The translations under genes and the position numbers were made by a program. A stretch of 64,000 nucleotides of DNA from a bacterium (lineage in GTDB: Bacteria; Zhuqueibacterota; Zhuqueibacteria; Zhuqueibacterales; Zhuqueibacteraceae). The stretch covers positions 1 to 64,000 of the forward strand of contig JBIOXB010000163.1 in the NCBI GenBank assembly GCA_044869275.1. The letters run 5' to 3'. This document shows positions 44,109 through 53,804 of this stretch, in pieces. The notes beneath the pieces were generated by a model that was not told where the DNA came from, ran no database searches, and saw only the letters and a list, made by a program, of their open reading frames with translations. Each line of letters opens with the position of its first letter. Position 1 is the first letter of the stretch.

Positions 44109-46970
44109 ATGAAGTATTTTGACGAGCAGCCCAATCTTTTTCGCGTGCTTTTGGTGTCGGCCGCATTTTTCTTCATCGGCTTGGCAGCGGTAAATTTTCA
44201 TCGCTACGCCTCTCTCGTCACCGATGAGAATCTCTTCAGCACCTCGCCTTCTCGTATTCACTTCTCACGAAATGTGCTGGGCCAGCTCGATCGTCGCAGC
44301 AGCGCTGCCGGCAATGTTGTGCCGGACACGATCAAAACCGGCGATCTGCTGCTGGAGATCGACCAAAACAAATTCGAGACGGCGCAGGAGGCAAGGGCGT
44401 ATGTGGAGTCGCTGCGCGGCGAGGCGGAATTTGAAGTGAAAGTGTTCCGGCCGGCCAGTGGCCGTCGCATGGTGTTTAACCTGCAGGCCGCAAGCCTGCC
44501 CGACAGCTTTCTCGTGCAACTGCCGCCCAGCGTTTATGTGTACGACGTATTACCAGGTGGCGCTTCTGATCGCGCCGGTTTGCGCACAGGCGATCTTATT
44601 CTGCACATCAATGGGCAAAATTTTCGCGACGCTGGCGAAGCCGATAAAGTCATGCGGCGTGCACAAAGCGACCGCGCCATAGCCTACGATATTTTCCGCG
44701 CCGGCAGCTTCTTGACACTGCATGTGCACCTCGCGCGGCTGGGCACGAATATCGCCGTGCTCGTGAGTTTTGTGTGCGGGTTGTTTTTTTTGGGCGTGGC
44801 ATTGTTCATCGGATTGCAGCGCCCGCAATTGCACGCTGCCCGGTTGTCCGCTGCGATGCTGCTCGCGTTCTCCTTTCCGGTCATGGTGCTGCATCAACGC
44901 CACCTCGTGCTCGACCATTGGACGCTGACCATCCGTTTTACGCTCGTGGCGTGCTTGCTGCTGGGCGCCGCCTGCGCGTTTCACAACAGCTTGTACTTTC
45001 CCAAGGAACGTCCGGAGCTCATCAGCAAGCGCTGGCCGATTTTTGCGCCGTATTTGATCGCGGGATTTTGGTTTGTCCTGCAAGTGCTTTTGTTCTTTTA
45101 TATTGGCGGGGAGGTCAGCGGCATACCGTTTCTCTTTGGCTTGATCTCGCTCGGATTGTATGGCTTGTTCTTGTTCTTCCGCTATCGCAAGCAGCGCTCC
45201 GCGGAGTATCACAAACTCAATCGCGCCATCAAAACTGCGAGTCTGGTGGCGGCAGGCCTGGCGCTTACGATCGCCGTGCCGGCGGCGAGCGGTGCACAGG
45301 ATGCTTCGCGCATCGGCTTCATCGCCATTCCGCTCACGCTGATTCCGTTCTCCTATCTCTACACCATCGGCCGCTATCGCTTGCTCGACCTGAACCTGCG
45401 CGTGCGCCGCAACATTCAATACACCATCTCCTCGTGGCTGTGGGGCGCACTGCTCGCGGGCGCATTTTTGTTTTTGCTCTTCAAGCTGCCGCACTTGGCG
45501 CTTGACTTTCCTCATTTGCGCCTCACCGGCACGTATCTTGAAATGGTGGAAGAGCCGCTGCCGCCGGCACAACGTGAAGCGTTGGAGAAAATCGTGATGA
45601 TCGGCCTGGCCTTCGGCGCGTTTTATGTGTTGCGCAGCGCCAATCGCGCCGGGCAGTTGTTTATTGCGCGCAAGTTCTATCGCACCAGCTATGATTATCG
45701 CCGCGCCGTGAATGAAATGGCGGAAGTGATGGCCACCAAGCTGGGCATGATCGATCTGGCCAAAGGCCTGGCACAAAAACTGGCCGAACACATCCAGCTC
45801 AAGCGCGTGGGGGTGTTGTTTTTCCGCGATCAACGGGAGGCGTGTTGCATGGAAGGGCACGGTTTTGTTCATGACGAATGGAAGTCGTTTTGTCTCTCGG
45901 TTGACCAGCAACTCGTGCACGTGCTGCAAAAGTTTCGCAGCGAATCGCGTTTCAGTGTGGACTATCTGCCCGATCATTTAAAAGCGGAGTTTGAGCGCCA
46001 GGGCTTCGCGCATCTCTTTCCCATTCGCTTCAAGGAAAAACTCGTGGGCACGCTGTTGATCGGCGAGAAGCTTTCGGAAGGATCTTTTCATGCGGAGGAT
46101 CTCAGCTATCTCGCCGCGGTTTCCAAACAAGCTTCGCTGGCGATCGAGAATGCCTTTCTGTATGAGGAACTGGCTGAACAAGAACGTTTGAAACACGAAC
46201 TGGCGATCGCCCGGCGCATCCAGCTGGCCTCCCTGCCGCAAAAGACGCCTCTCCTCGAGGGCCTGGAAATCGCCGGCGTTTCCATTCCCGCGCTGGAAGT
46301 GGGCGGCGACTACTTCGATTATCTCAACGGCGTGCCCTCCTCCAGCCCGTCCACCGAAAGCGTTGTGGCCGGCGAGGGCGCGGATCATATCACCATTATC
46401 GTCGGCGATGTCAGCGGCAAAGGGACTTCGGCGGCCCTCTACATGTCCAAAGTACAGGGCATTATGCGCTCGCTGCATGATTTCGGGCTGTCGCCACGCG
46501 AATTGTTCGTGCGCGCCAATCACTTGTTGCGCCAAGCCATGGAACGAACTTCCTTCGTGACCTCCATCGGCGCGCGCTTTGAAGCGCAAGCACGCTCTTT
46601 GCGCATGGCGCGCGCCGGCCACCTGCCTTTGTTTCATTACCGTGCGCAAACCGGCCTCGTGGAAAAAATCACGCCCAAGGGTCTGGGCATGGGCCTCGAC
46701 GACGAAAAACTGTTCGCCGCCGAGCTCGAGGAGAAAAAACTGAGCTACGCCAGCGGCGATGTTTTCTTGTTCGTGACCGACGGCGTCACCGAAGCGCATA
46801 ACGGCGCCGGCTCGGAATTCGGCGAAGACAGCGTGAGCGAAATATTGTGCCGCCATTCCTCCGCCTCCGCTGAAAAAATTCGCGATCACCTCATTGCCGC
46901 GGTCAAAACTTTCGCGCAGAATACCACTCAGCATGATGACCTCACGGTGGTGGTGGTGAAAGCTAAGTGA
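44109..46970 (+). CDS. PDZ + multi-TM + GAF + SpoIIE PP2C phosphatase
   Basis: PGGASDRAGLRTGDLILHING PDZ; TM block; VGGDYFD, GDVSGKG, TDGVTE, DDLTVVV. Confidence 0.9.
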   Translation: MKYFDEQPNLFRVLLVSAAFFFIGLAAVNFHRYASLVTDENLFSTSPSRIHFSRNVLGQLDRRSSAAGNVVPDTIKTGDLLLEIDQNKFETAQEARAYVESLRGEAEFEVKVFRPASGRRMVFNLQAASLPDSFLVQLPPSVYVYDVLPGGASDRAGLRTGDLILHINGQNFRDAGEADKVMRRAQSDRAIAYDIFRAGSFLTLHVHLARLGTNIAVLVSFVCGLFFLGVALFIGLQRPQLHAARLSAAMLLAFSFPVMVLHQRHLVLDHWTLTIRFTLVACLLLGAACAFHNSLYFPKERPELISKRWPIFAPYLIAGFWFVLQVLLFFYIGGEVSGIPFLFGLISLGLYGLFLFFRYRKQRSAEYHKLNRAIKTASLVAAGLALTIAVPAASGAQDASRIGFIAIPLTLIPFSYLYTIGRYRLLDLNLRVRRNIQYTISSWLWGALLAGAFLFLLFKLPHLALDFPHLRLTGTYLEMVEEPLPPAQREALEKIVMIGLAFGAFYVLRSANRAGQLFIARKFYRTSYDYRRAVNEMAEVMATKLGMIDLAKGLAQKLAEHIQLKRVGVLFFRDQREACCMEGHGFVHDEWKSFCLSVDQQLVHVLQKFRSESRFSVDYLPDHLKAEFERQGFAHLFPIRFKEKLVGTLLIGEKLSEGSFHAEDLSYLAAVSKQASLAIENAFLYEELAEQERLKHELAIARRIQLASLPQKTPLLEGLEIAGVSIPALEVGGDYFDYLNGVPSSSPSTESVVAGEGADHITIIVGDVSGKGTSAALYMSKVQGIMRSLHDFGLSPRELFVRANHLLRQAMERTSFVTSIGARFEAQARSLRMARAGHLPLFHYRAQTGLVEKITPKGLGMGLDDEKLFAAELEEKKLSYASGDVFLFVTDGVTEAHNGAGSEFGEDSVSEILCRHSSASAEKIRDHLIAAVKTFAQNTTQHDDLTVVVVKAK

Positions 46971-47150
46971 AAAGCAAAAAGAAAACAGAAAAAAGCAGCT
47001 GAGCGCTAAGTTGCTGTTTTCTTTTTGCTGTTTGTTGTTCAAATTATGGGGGAATCATGGAAGCGAAACCTTAAAGCAAACAGCAAATAGAAAACAGAAA
47101 GAAGAGGTGGAGGATAATTTGCTGTTTTCTTTTTTCTCTTTGCTTTTTGT
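46970..47150. repeat. Paired 7-bp-unit palindromes (AAAGCAA/AAACAGA vs TGCTGTT/TCTTTTT)
   Basis: Two A-rich/T-rich periodic inverted pairs downstream of the stop codon. Confidence 0.7.
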
Positions 47151-47226
47151 CGTTCCTCTGCATATCCTTTCATTCCCTCGAAATTCAATAAGACTCGCGA
47201 ATTTCCTGTTTCAAATCAAGTTTTGC

Positions 47227-47255
47227 TTGACATCAAACCGCTTGCGTCGTATCAT
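47227..47255 (+). promoter_or_regulatory. Sigma70 promoter of the hcr-like operon
   Basis: TTGACA-17-TATCAT. Confidence 0.65.
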
Positions 47256-47392
47256 TCTCCGCAATTCGGCGACGAAAAGCCGGCGCTGAGCGTTTGACCC
47301 TCCTCTTTGTTTCGTAGGATGCCCTCTCGCGGGCCTTTTTTTGCGCGGTTGCGGATCTCGATCTCGAACCCCTCTTGTGACATTGCCATTAT

Positions 47393-47944
47393 ATGCCGAA
47401 CAGAAAACTAGTGAATTTGAGAGTTAACGGCTCGACCTCTGAAGTCGCCGTACGGCCTTACGACGTGCTGCTGGACGTCGTGCGCCAAAACCTCCATCTC
47501 ACCGGCACCAAGCGCGGTTGTGACATGGGCACCTGCGGCTGTTGCACGGTGATCATTGACGGTCGCGCACGCTTGTCCTGCCTGACACCGGTTTTGGAAG
47601 CCGCCGGCCGCGAGGTGACCACCATTGAAGGCTTGAAAAGCGGGGGCGACTTGCATCCGCTGCAGCGCGCGTTTGCGGAACACGGTGGCTCACAATGCGG
47701 CTTTTGCACCGCCGGCTTCATTATGACTTCGAAAGCTTTTCTCGACCGGCATCCGCTTCCCACCCGCGGTGAGATCGCAGAAGCCATTTCCGGAAATTTG
47801 TGCCGCTGCACGGGATACATCAAGATTGTGGATGCGATCGAGGCCGTGGCGCACAATGCCAGGAATGGAGAGCTTCAGCGTGCTGCCAACCTCCCCGTCG
47901 CAAACCCCTGCCCTGTCCTTCAGAAGGAACCCTGTGACGCGTGA
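47393..47944 (+). CDS. hcrC: 2x[2Fe-2S] small subunit, xanthine oxidase family (HcrC-like)
   Basis: GTKRGCDMGTCGCCTV; QCGFCT.G; GNLCRCTGY. Confidence 0.75.
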   Translation: MPNRKLVNLRVNGSTSEVAVRPYDVLLDVVRQNLHLTGTKRGCDMGTCGCCTVIIDGRARLSCLTPVLEAAGREVTTIEGLKSGGDLHPLQRAFAEHGGSQCGFCTAGFIMTSKAFLDRHPLPTRGEIAEAISGNLCRCTGYIKIVDAIEAVAHNARNGELQRAANLPVANPCPVLQKEPCDA

Positions 47945-48067
47945 GCACGGCATTCAATTCTGCCAAGATTTTTTCAGAATCACACGGTTGGGGGTGTGTA
48001 AAAGTAAACTTGACAAAGCACGAGAGCGCAGGGGCCAGTTGTATTTTCTCTGCACGGAGATCAAACT

Positions 48068-50380
48068 ATGCCCAACGTCATCGGCAAACCGGTTCCCCTC
48101 ATTGATGGTTTGAAGAAAACCACGGGTGAAGGCGTTTACACCGACGACCTCAAATTTCCCGGCATGCTGGTCGGGAAGATTTTGCGCAGCCCGCTGCCGC
48201 ATGCGCGCCTCGCAAGGATCGACACCCGCAAAGCGGAAGCATTGCCCGGCGTGCATGCCGTGGTCATCGGCAAAGAAGCGCCGAACACCTTTGGGGTGTT
48301 GCCGATCAGTGAAGATGAAACCGCGCTGGCGGTGGACAAGACCATCTTCATCGGCGACAACGTTGCCGGAGTTGCCGCAGATGACGAGGAGATCGCCCTC
48401 GAGGCCCTGCGCTTGATCGAAGTGGAATATGAAGTGCTGCCGGAGTATCGCAAGATTGAGGACAGCCTGAAACCCGCCGCAGCACCGATTCATCCCGGCA
48501 CCGTCAACGGTACGAACATTCATAAAGAGGTCGATCAGAATTTTGGCGACGTGCAAGCCGCGCGATTACGCAGCGCGTTGGTGCGTGAGGCACAGTATGA
48601 TTTCGCCGGCGTGACCCACGGTTTTACCGAGCCGCATTGCGTCATCGCGCATTACGAGGCCGACGATCGCATGACGGTGTGGTCCGCGCAGCAGGTGCCG
48701 CATTATCTGCACCGCGCGCTCGCCCAGGTTTTGGAAATGCCCATGCATCGCATTCGCGTCATCCGCCCGATGGTGGGCGGCGCGTTCGGCGGCAAGAGCG
48801 ATCCTTTTCCCCATGAGATGGTGGCGGCGCTGCTCTCGCGCAAATGCCGCCGGCCGGTGAAGATACTGTTCGATCGCGAGGAGGTTTTCATCAGCAATCA
48901 CGGCCGCCATCCCACCCAAACCAAAATCGCGATGGGCATCGACCAGAGCGGCCATCTTACGTTTCTGGATTTGAAAGCGCTCATCGACGGCGGCGCGTGG
49001 GGCAGCTTCGGCGTCGTCACCACGTACTACAACGGCGTGCTCAGCATGGGGCCGTATGACATTCAAAACTTTCGCTACAGCGGCAAACGCGTCTACACCA
49101 ACAAAGCGCCCAGCGGTGCGATGCGCGGCCACGGCGCGGTCAATTCCCGCTTCGCCATGGAAACGTTGATTGACGAGCTCTGCGAAGCCGCGAATCTCGA
49201 CCCCTGCGAGGTGCGACTCAAAAATCTCTTGCGGGGAAACTGCATCACCGCCAACGGCTTTCGCATCACCAGCAACGGCACGCGCGAATGTATTGAGCGT
49301 GCGCGCGCCGCTTCGGACTGGAATGAGAAATTTCGCAAGCTGCCGTTCGGCCGCGGCCTCGGTGTGGCCTGCGGCTTTTACATCAGCGGCAGCGCGCATC
49401 GCATTCACTTCAACGATCTGCCCCAATCCACCGTCCATCTTAAAATAGACATGGACGGCGGCATCACCGTGCATTGCCTGGCTGCGGAAATCGGCCAGGG
49501 CAGCGACACCATGCTGGCGCAATGTGTGGCCGAACCGTTGGGTGTGAAGCTGGACCGGCTGCGCATTTTTTCGAGCGATTCGGACGCCGATCCGATTGAC
49601 CTGGGTTCGTATTCGAGCCGGGTCACCTTCATGGCCGGCAACGCCGCGCGCGAGGCGGCGCTCAAGATTCGCGAAAAACTTGTGCGCGCGGCGCAGCAGC
49701 TCACCGGTTATGCGGCCGACGGCTTTGTTTTGGAAAACGAAGAAATCATTTACACGCGCGATCCGCGCGTACGCGTGACGTTCATGCAAGCTCTGGAAAA
49801 GGCGTTGGCGAACAATGGCGCGCTCCTCGCGAAAGGCAAGTATATGGGCCCGCCGCCCATCGGCGGCAAGTTCAAGGGCGCGCGCGCCGGGCTTTCGCCG
49901 ACGTATACTTTCCAATGTTACATCGCCGAAGTTTCCGTCGATGCCGAAACCTTCGAGCCGCGTGTGGAAAAAGTCTGGGCCGCGCACGATTGCGGCAAAG
50001 CGCTCAACCCGCTCGCCGTGGCCGGACAAATCGAAGGCTGCATTCATATGGGCCTGGGGCAGGCCTTGATGGAAGAGATGGCTTACAATCGCGGCAACAT
50101 TTTGGGGGCGAATTTCTTGGATTATCGCACACTCACGCCCATGCAGATGCCGGAAGTCGAAGTCATCATCGTGGAAAGCGACGATCCTGAAGGGCCATGG
50201 GGCGCGAAGGAGGCGGGCGAGGGGCCGTTGCTGCCGATTCTGCCCGCCGTAGCCAACGCGATCTATGATGCCATTGGCGTGCGCCTGCGCAGCTTGCCGA
50301 TGACGGCGGATAAAATTTGGAAGGCGGTGCACGACAAACGTGACAAGCGTAAAATCCGCCCGCGCGCGGTGGCGGTTTGA
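48068..50380 (+). CDS. hcrA: Molybdopterin-binding large subunit, 4-hydroxybenzoyl-CoA reductase alpha-like
   Basis: FGVLPI, QVP.Y.H, GAMRGHG, IGQGS, GSYSSRVTF, GAKEAGEG, recalled as HcrA-like motifs. Confidence 0.72.
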   Translation: MPNVIGKPVPLIDGLKKTTGEGVYTDDLKFPGMLVGKILRSPLPHARLARIDTRKAEALPGVHAVVIGKEAPNTFGVLPISEDETALAVDKTIFIGDNVAGVAADDEEIALEALRLIEVEYEVLPEYRKIEDSLKPAAAPIHPGTVNGTNIHKEVDQNFGDVQAARLRSALVREAQYDFAGVTHGFTEPHCVIAHYEADDRMTVWSAQQVPHYLHRALAQVLEMPMHRIRVIRPMVGGAFGGKSDPFPHEMVAALLSRKCRRPVKILFDREEVFISNHGRHPTQTKIAMGIDQSGHLTFLDLKALIDGGAWGSFGVVTTYYNGVLSMGPYDIQNFRYSGKRVYTNKAPSGAMRGHGAVNSRFAMETLIDELCEAANLDPCEVRLKNLLRGNCITANGFRITSNGTRECIERARAASDWNEKFRKLPFGRGLGVACGFYISGSAHRIHFNDLPQSTVHLKIDMDGGITVHCLAAEIGQGSDTMLAQCVAEPLGVKLDRLRIFSSDSDADPIDLGSYSSRVTFMAGNAAREAALKIREKLVRAAQQLTGYAADGFVLENEEIIYTRDPRVRVTFMQALEKALANNGALLAKGKYMGPPPIGGKFKGARAGLSPTYTFQCYIAEVSVDAETFEPRVEKVWAAHDCGKALNPLAVAGQIEGCIHMGLGQALMEEMAYNRGNILGANFLDYRTLTPMQMPEVEVIIVESDDPEGPWGAKEAGEGPLLPILPAVANAIYDAIGVRLRSLPMTADKIWKAVHDKRDKRKIRPRAVAV

Positions 50381-50455
50381 TTGATCAGGCCTTTCTTCAT
50401 GCCTTACAGCGTTTTTCAATTGGAGGTGAAGATTAGAAGCAATCACATCTCGGCA

Positions 50456-50669
50456 TGTCATTCCGTGGGAATCAGACTGTGTGAAAACGCTTGGTTTCAA
50501 CGCCGGCTGAGCTTGTCGAAGCCGGATTTTTGAACTTAGCACCCTTCGACAGGCTCAGGGTGCGGCATTTCCAAGTTTTCACACAGTCGAAATCTTCCCT
50601 AGGGCTTGGTAAAAACCCATTCGGAATTGTGCCCACTGCGAGGGAAGATCCCGAAGCTTCGGGATGACA
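50456..50669. repeat. REP-like hairpin interrupted by a nested MITE
   Basis: TGTCATTCCGTGGGAATC|...|TTCCCTAGGGCTT...GGGAAGATCCCGAAGCTTCGGGATGACA. Confidence 0.75.
50474..50590. mobile_element. MITE copy 2 (IS1182-like ends), 4-bp TSD AATC
   Basis: Near-identical to 43644-43788 but lacking two 14-bp units. Confidence 0.85.
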
Positions 50670-50750
50670 GAGTTTGTTTTCCTGTATGCTCAGGTGAAAA
50701 GCGATCTAATCAGAGTTTTGCAGCGACACTAAGACCATGGCAAAAAGCCC

Positions 50751-51731
50751 ATGATTCTCCCGCGCTTTGAATATCATCAACCCACAACCCTGAGCGAAGC
50801 CGTGGCGCTCGCACAAGCGTGCGACGGCGATTTTGATTTCGTCTCAGGCGGCACGGATCTGCTGCCGAACTATAAAAACCAGTTGAACGCGCGCGCGCAT
50901 GTGATCAGTCTGAGCGGCATCAAGGAATTGTTCGCGATCGCCCCGGAGCGCATCGGCGCCATGGCGCGTTTGCAGGATATCGCCGAGCACACGGAATTGC
51001 GGCGCGCACTGCCGGTGATTCCGCATTCCGCCGCACTGATTGCCACGCCCCTGATTCGCGCATCCGGCACGCTCGGCGGCAACATTCTGCTCGACACGCG
51101 CTGCTATTATTTCAACCAAAGTTGGTTCTGGCGCCATTCCAAGAACTTCTGCCTGAAAGCCGACGGCGACGTGTGTCTCGTGGTGCCGCAACATGAGGTT
51201 TGCTATGCCACTTATTCCGGCGATCTCGCGCCGGTGCTGATGGTCCTGAACGCGGCTTTCGTGCTGGTGGGACCGGAGGGCGAGCGCAAAGTGCCGGCGG
51301 AAAAGTTTTTCACGCACGACGGCATCACCCGGCACGTGAAATTGCCCGAGGAAATTCTCACGCATGTTATCATTCCCCCATCGGCGCAAACCTTGCGGGC
51401 GGATTATCAAAAACTGCGCGTGCGCGACTCCATGGATTTTCCCGTGCTGGGCGCCGCCGTGGCGATTGACTTGAATGAAAACACGATCACGCACCTGCGC
51501 CTTGCTTTGACCGGCGTGGCGACGACGCCTTTGCTTTTCGACGAAATCACGCAAAATGTCAGAGGGGATCAATTGAGCGAGGATTTGATCGAAAGTCTGG
51601 CCGAGGAGGTGATGAATCAAGTTACGCCGTATCGCAACGTCGCGCTGTCGCCGCAGTACCGCAAAGCCATGATCGCAGTATATATTAAACGATTGCTACG
51701 GCAATATTTGCCGGAGGTGAAATTTGTATAA
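50751..51731 (+). CDS. hcrB: FAD-binding subunit with [4Fe-4S] insertion (HcrB-like)
   Basis: GGTDL; TLGGN; insertion TRCYYFNQS.FWR....CLK.DGDVC....CYATYSGD with four Cys. Confidence 0.78.
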   Translation: MILPRFEYHQPTTLSEAVALAQACDGDFDFVSGGTDLLPNYKNQLNARAHVISLSGIKELFAIAPERIGAMARLQDIAEHTELRRALPVIPHSAALIATPLIRASGTLGGNILLDTRCYYFNQSWFWRHSKNFCLKADGDVCLVVPQHEVCYATYSGDLAPVLMVLNAAFVLVGPEGERKVPAEKFFTHDGITRHVKLPEEILTHVIIPPSAQTLRADYQKLRVRDSMDFPVLGAAVAIDLNENTITHLRLALTGVATTPLLFDEITQNVRGDQLSEDLIESLAEEVMNQVTPYRNVALSPQYRKAMIAVYIKRLLRQYLPEVKFV

Positions 51732-53001
51732 GCAAGACGCCGCGGTTTATATTTCAGAACCAAACCTGAATGATCACGATCATGGCGGCGTGGTGCAAGA
51801 CCGCGAGCCCATGCTGGTGATCGAATATCGTGACGACAAATTCGATGCGACCGGTTATCTTGTCATCGACATGTTGGTGAACGGGGTGGCGGGCGGCGGC
51901 TGCCGCATGAAACCAGGCTTGGCGCGCGCGGAAATGGTCAAGCTGGCGGAAACCATGACACGCAAGTTTACCCTCCTCGAGCCGCACCTCGGCGGCGCGA
52001 AATGCGGCCTCGATTTCGACCCCACGCGGCCGGAAAAACTGATTGTCATGCAGCGCTTCTTCGACTACATTCGCAGTTTTTTGTTCAATTGCTATGTCAC
52101 CGGCGCGGATTTGAATACCAATGAGCACGAAATCATTGCCTGCACCAAAGCCCTGGGCCTGCCCTGCCCGCAATATGCGCTGGCCAAAAGTTTAGGAAAT
52201 GAAGAGCGGCGCATCAATCGCTTCTATGAAGGCATCAACCTGGCGGTGAACGGCCGCGTCAATATGGTGATGAACGATGCCGCCACGGGTTTCGGTATTT
52301 GCGCGGCGGCGCAGCGCGCGGTGGCGCCGCAGCCCTTGCAAGAGTGCGCCGTGGCGATCCAGGGTTTCGGCAACGTGGGCGGAAGCGTGGCAAAGTTTCT
52401 GTTCGACAGCGGCGCTAAGATCGAAGCCTTGAGCGATCGTTTCGGCACGGTTTTCTGCAAACAGGGCTTGGATATCGATTTTCTGCTGTCACGGCGCGAC
52501 GAACGCACGAAAGCGGTGTTTCCGGCGTTGGGCAATGGCGAGCACCGCCCGGCAGGGTACGAATTGATCGCGGATACCGAAGCGATTTATGCCTTTGGCG
52601 AAGATGTATTCATTCCGGTGGCGGATAGTGGCATCATCAATGCAGAAAACTACCGCCGCATTATAGCGCGCCACATCGTGTGCGGCGCCAACGCGCCCTT
52701 TGCCTCGGCGGAAATCGAAGAGCTGCTTTTTGAGTCGGGGAAGGTGGTGGTGCCGGATTTCATTGCGAATGCCGGCACGGCGGCGCTGTACAATACGTTG
52801 ATAAAAGACAGCGGGCCGGTTTCGGTCGTGGCCTTGCGCCAAAGCATTGAAGATCAAATTGGCAGAGCCACGGAAGAGGCGCTGAAGAAATCCGCGCTCG
52901 AAAAGGTCTCGCCGCGCGCGGCGGCGGAATTGATCGCGGCGGAGAAAATCAATGCCTATCCTTCAAAGTACTCGACGACGATTTCGAAGCGCTGGCATTA
53001 A
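51724..53001 (+). CDS. Glu/Leu/Phe/Val dehydrogenase family protein
   Basis: GGCR, MTRK, GGAKCG, ATGFG, QGFGNVG, GAN.P, VVPDFIANAG; overlaps the hcrB stop. Confidence 0.85.
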   Translation: MYKQDAAVYISEPNLNDHDHGGVVQDREPMLVIEYRDDKFDATGYLVIDMLVNGVAGGGCRMKPGLARAEMVKLAETMTRKFTLLEPHLGGAKCGLDFDPTRPEKLIVMQRFFDYIRSFLFNCYVTGADLNTNEHEIIACTKALGLPCPQYALAKSLGNEERRINRFYEGINLAVNGRVNMVMNDAATGFGICAAAQRAVAPQPLQECAVAIQGFGNVGGSVAKFLFDSGAKIEALSDRFGTVFCKQGLDIDFLLSRRDERTKAVFPALGNGEHRPAGYELIADTEAIYAFGEDVFIPVADSGIINAENYRRIIARHIVCGANAPFASAEIEELLFESGKVVVPDFIANAGTAALYNTLIKDSGPVSVVALRQSIEDQIGRATEEALKKSALEKVSPRAAAELIAAEKINAYPSKYSTTISKRWH

Positions 53002-53636
53002 TACAGATCCGCTTTCAATTTCGCCACCAGCTCTTCCAGGCTTTGCAACCGCGTTTGCATTTCCGCCAGTTTGCTTTTCAATTCCTCAACCTCAGTTCGC
53101 AGGGACGAAGAGGCGGCAACCGGCGCAGCCACTTCTGTTTCGCCGTCATACTCCGAAAACAAATGCCGGTAGCGCACTTCCTTTTGCCCCGCCTGCCGCG
53201 GCGCTTGTTCGGCCAGCCCAGGCGCTCGCGAGCTGAGCGCGTTCACGACTTCCTGCACTTCTTCCAAACTGGCGAATTCATATTGCCGGCCCGAGCGGTT
53301 TTTGATCTCGCCAAGAGTCTGCGGCCCGCGCAGCAGCATCAGGCTCAATGCCGCCTGCTGCGCCGGCGATAACGCCAACCCGTTGTCACCGCAGCGATGT
53401 GAGTATTTCAACACGCGGCCCTCGCCGGAGACGAATGCACACAGACGCTTGTCTCGCAATTGCGCCAAAGCGTCTTCAACTTCTTCACTGGAATAATCCA
53501 CCACCGGATCGCGGCTGTTTTTCTGGTTGCACGCCGCCACCAGCGCATTCAAGGTCATGGGATAGTATTCGGGGGTGGCCTGGCTTTTTTCGATCAGGCA
53601 GCCCAGCACGCGGGCTTCTTCAGGCGATAAAGTCAT
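52998..53636 (-). CDS. YceH/DUF480 family protein
   Basis: EARVLGCLIEK..TPEYYPMTLNAL..ACNQK.SRDPV; LRGPQT.GE. Confidence 0.9.
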   Translation of the reverse strand: MTLSPEEARVLGCLIEKSQATPEYYPMTLNALVAACNQKNSRDPVVDYSSEEVEDALAQLRDKRLCAFVSGEGRVLKYSHRCGDNGLALSPAQQAALSLMLLRGPQTLGEIKNRSGRQYEFASLEEVQEVVNALSSRAPGLAEQAPRQAGQKEVRYRHLFSEYDGETEVAAPVAASSSLRTEVEELKSKLAEMQTRLQSLEELVAKLKADLY

Positions 53637-53736
53637 GCAAGATTCCTTGTGAGCTTGTGGTGTCGTGATCAGAGATCTGCGATGCAAAGTAATGAAATTC
53701 CGCCCGTTTTTGCAAGACGAAACCCGGAGAAAATTC

Positions 53737-53765
53737 TTGACTCTTGCGGGCATTTCCTTTACATT
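53737..53765 (+). promoter_or_regulatory. Sigma70 promoter
   Basis: TTGACT-17-TACATT. Confidence 0.6.
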
Positions 53766-53804
53766 TCTGCTTAAAATTGCGTGTGATTTTTGTCGTGATA
53801 AGCT

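Noticed and set aside
48010..48045. Internal sigma70 promoter before hcrA (TTGACA at 48010)
   Set aside because: There is no -10 hexamer at 16-18 bp spacing.
48566..50542. 658-aa minus-strand ORF and similar long antisense ORFs (e.g. 44550-45977, 23682-24740, 62240-63211)
   Set aside because: These are shadows of well-supported opposite-strand genes with GC-biased codons and no recognisable motifs.
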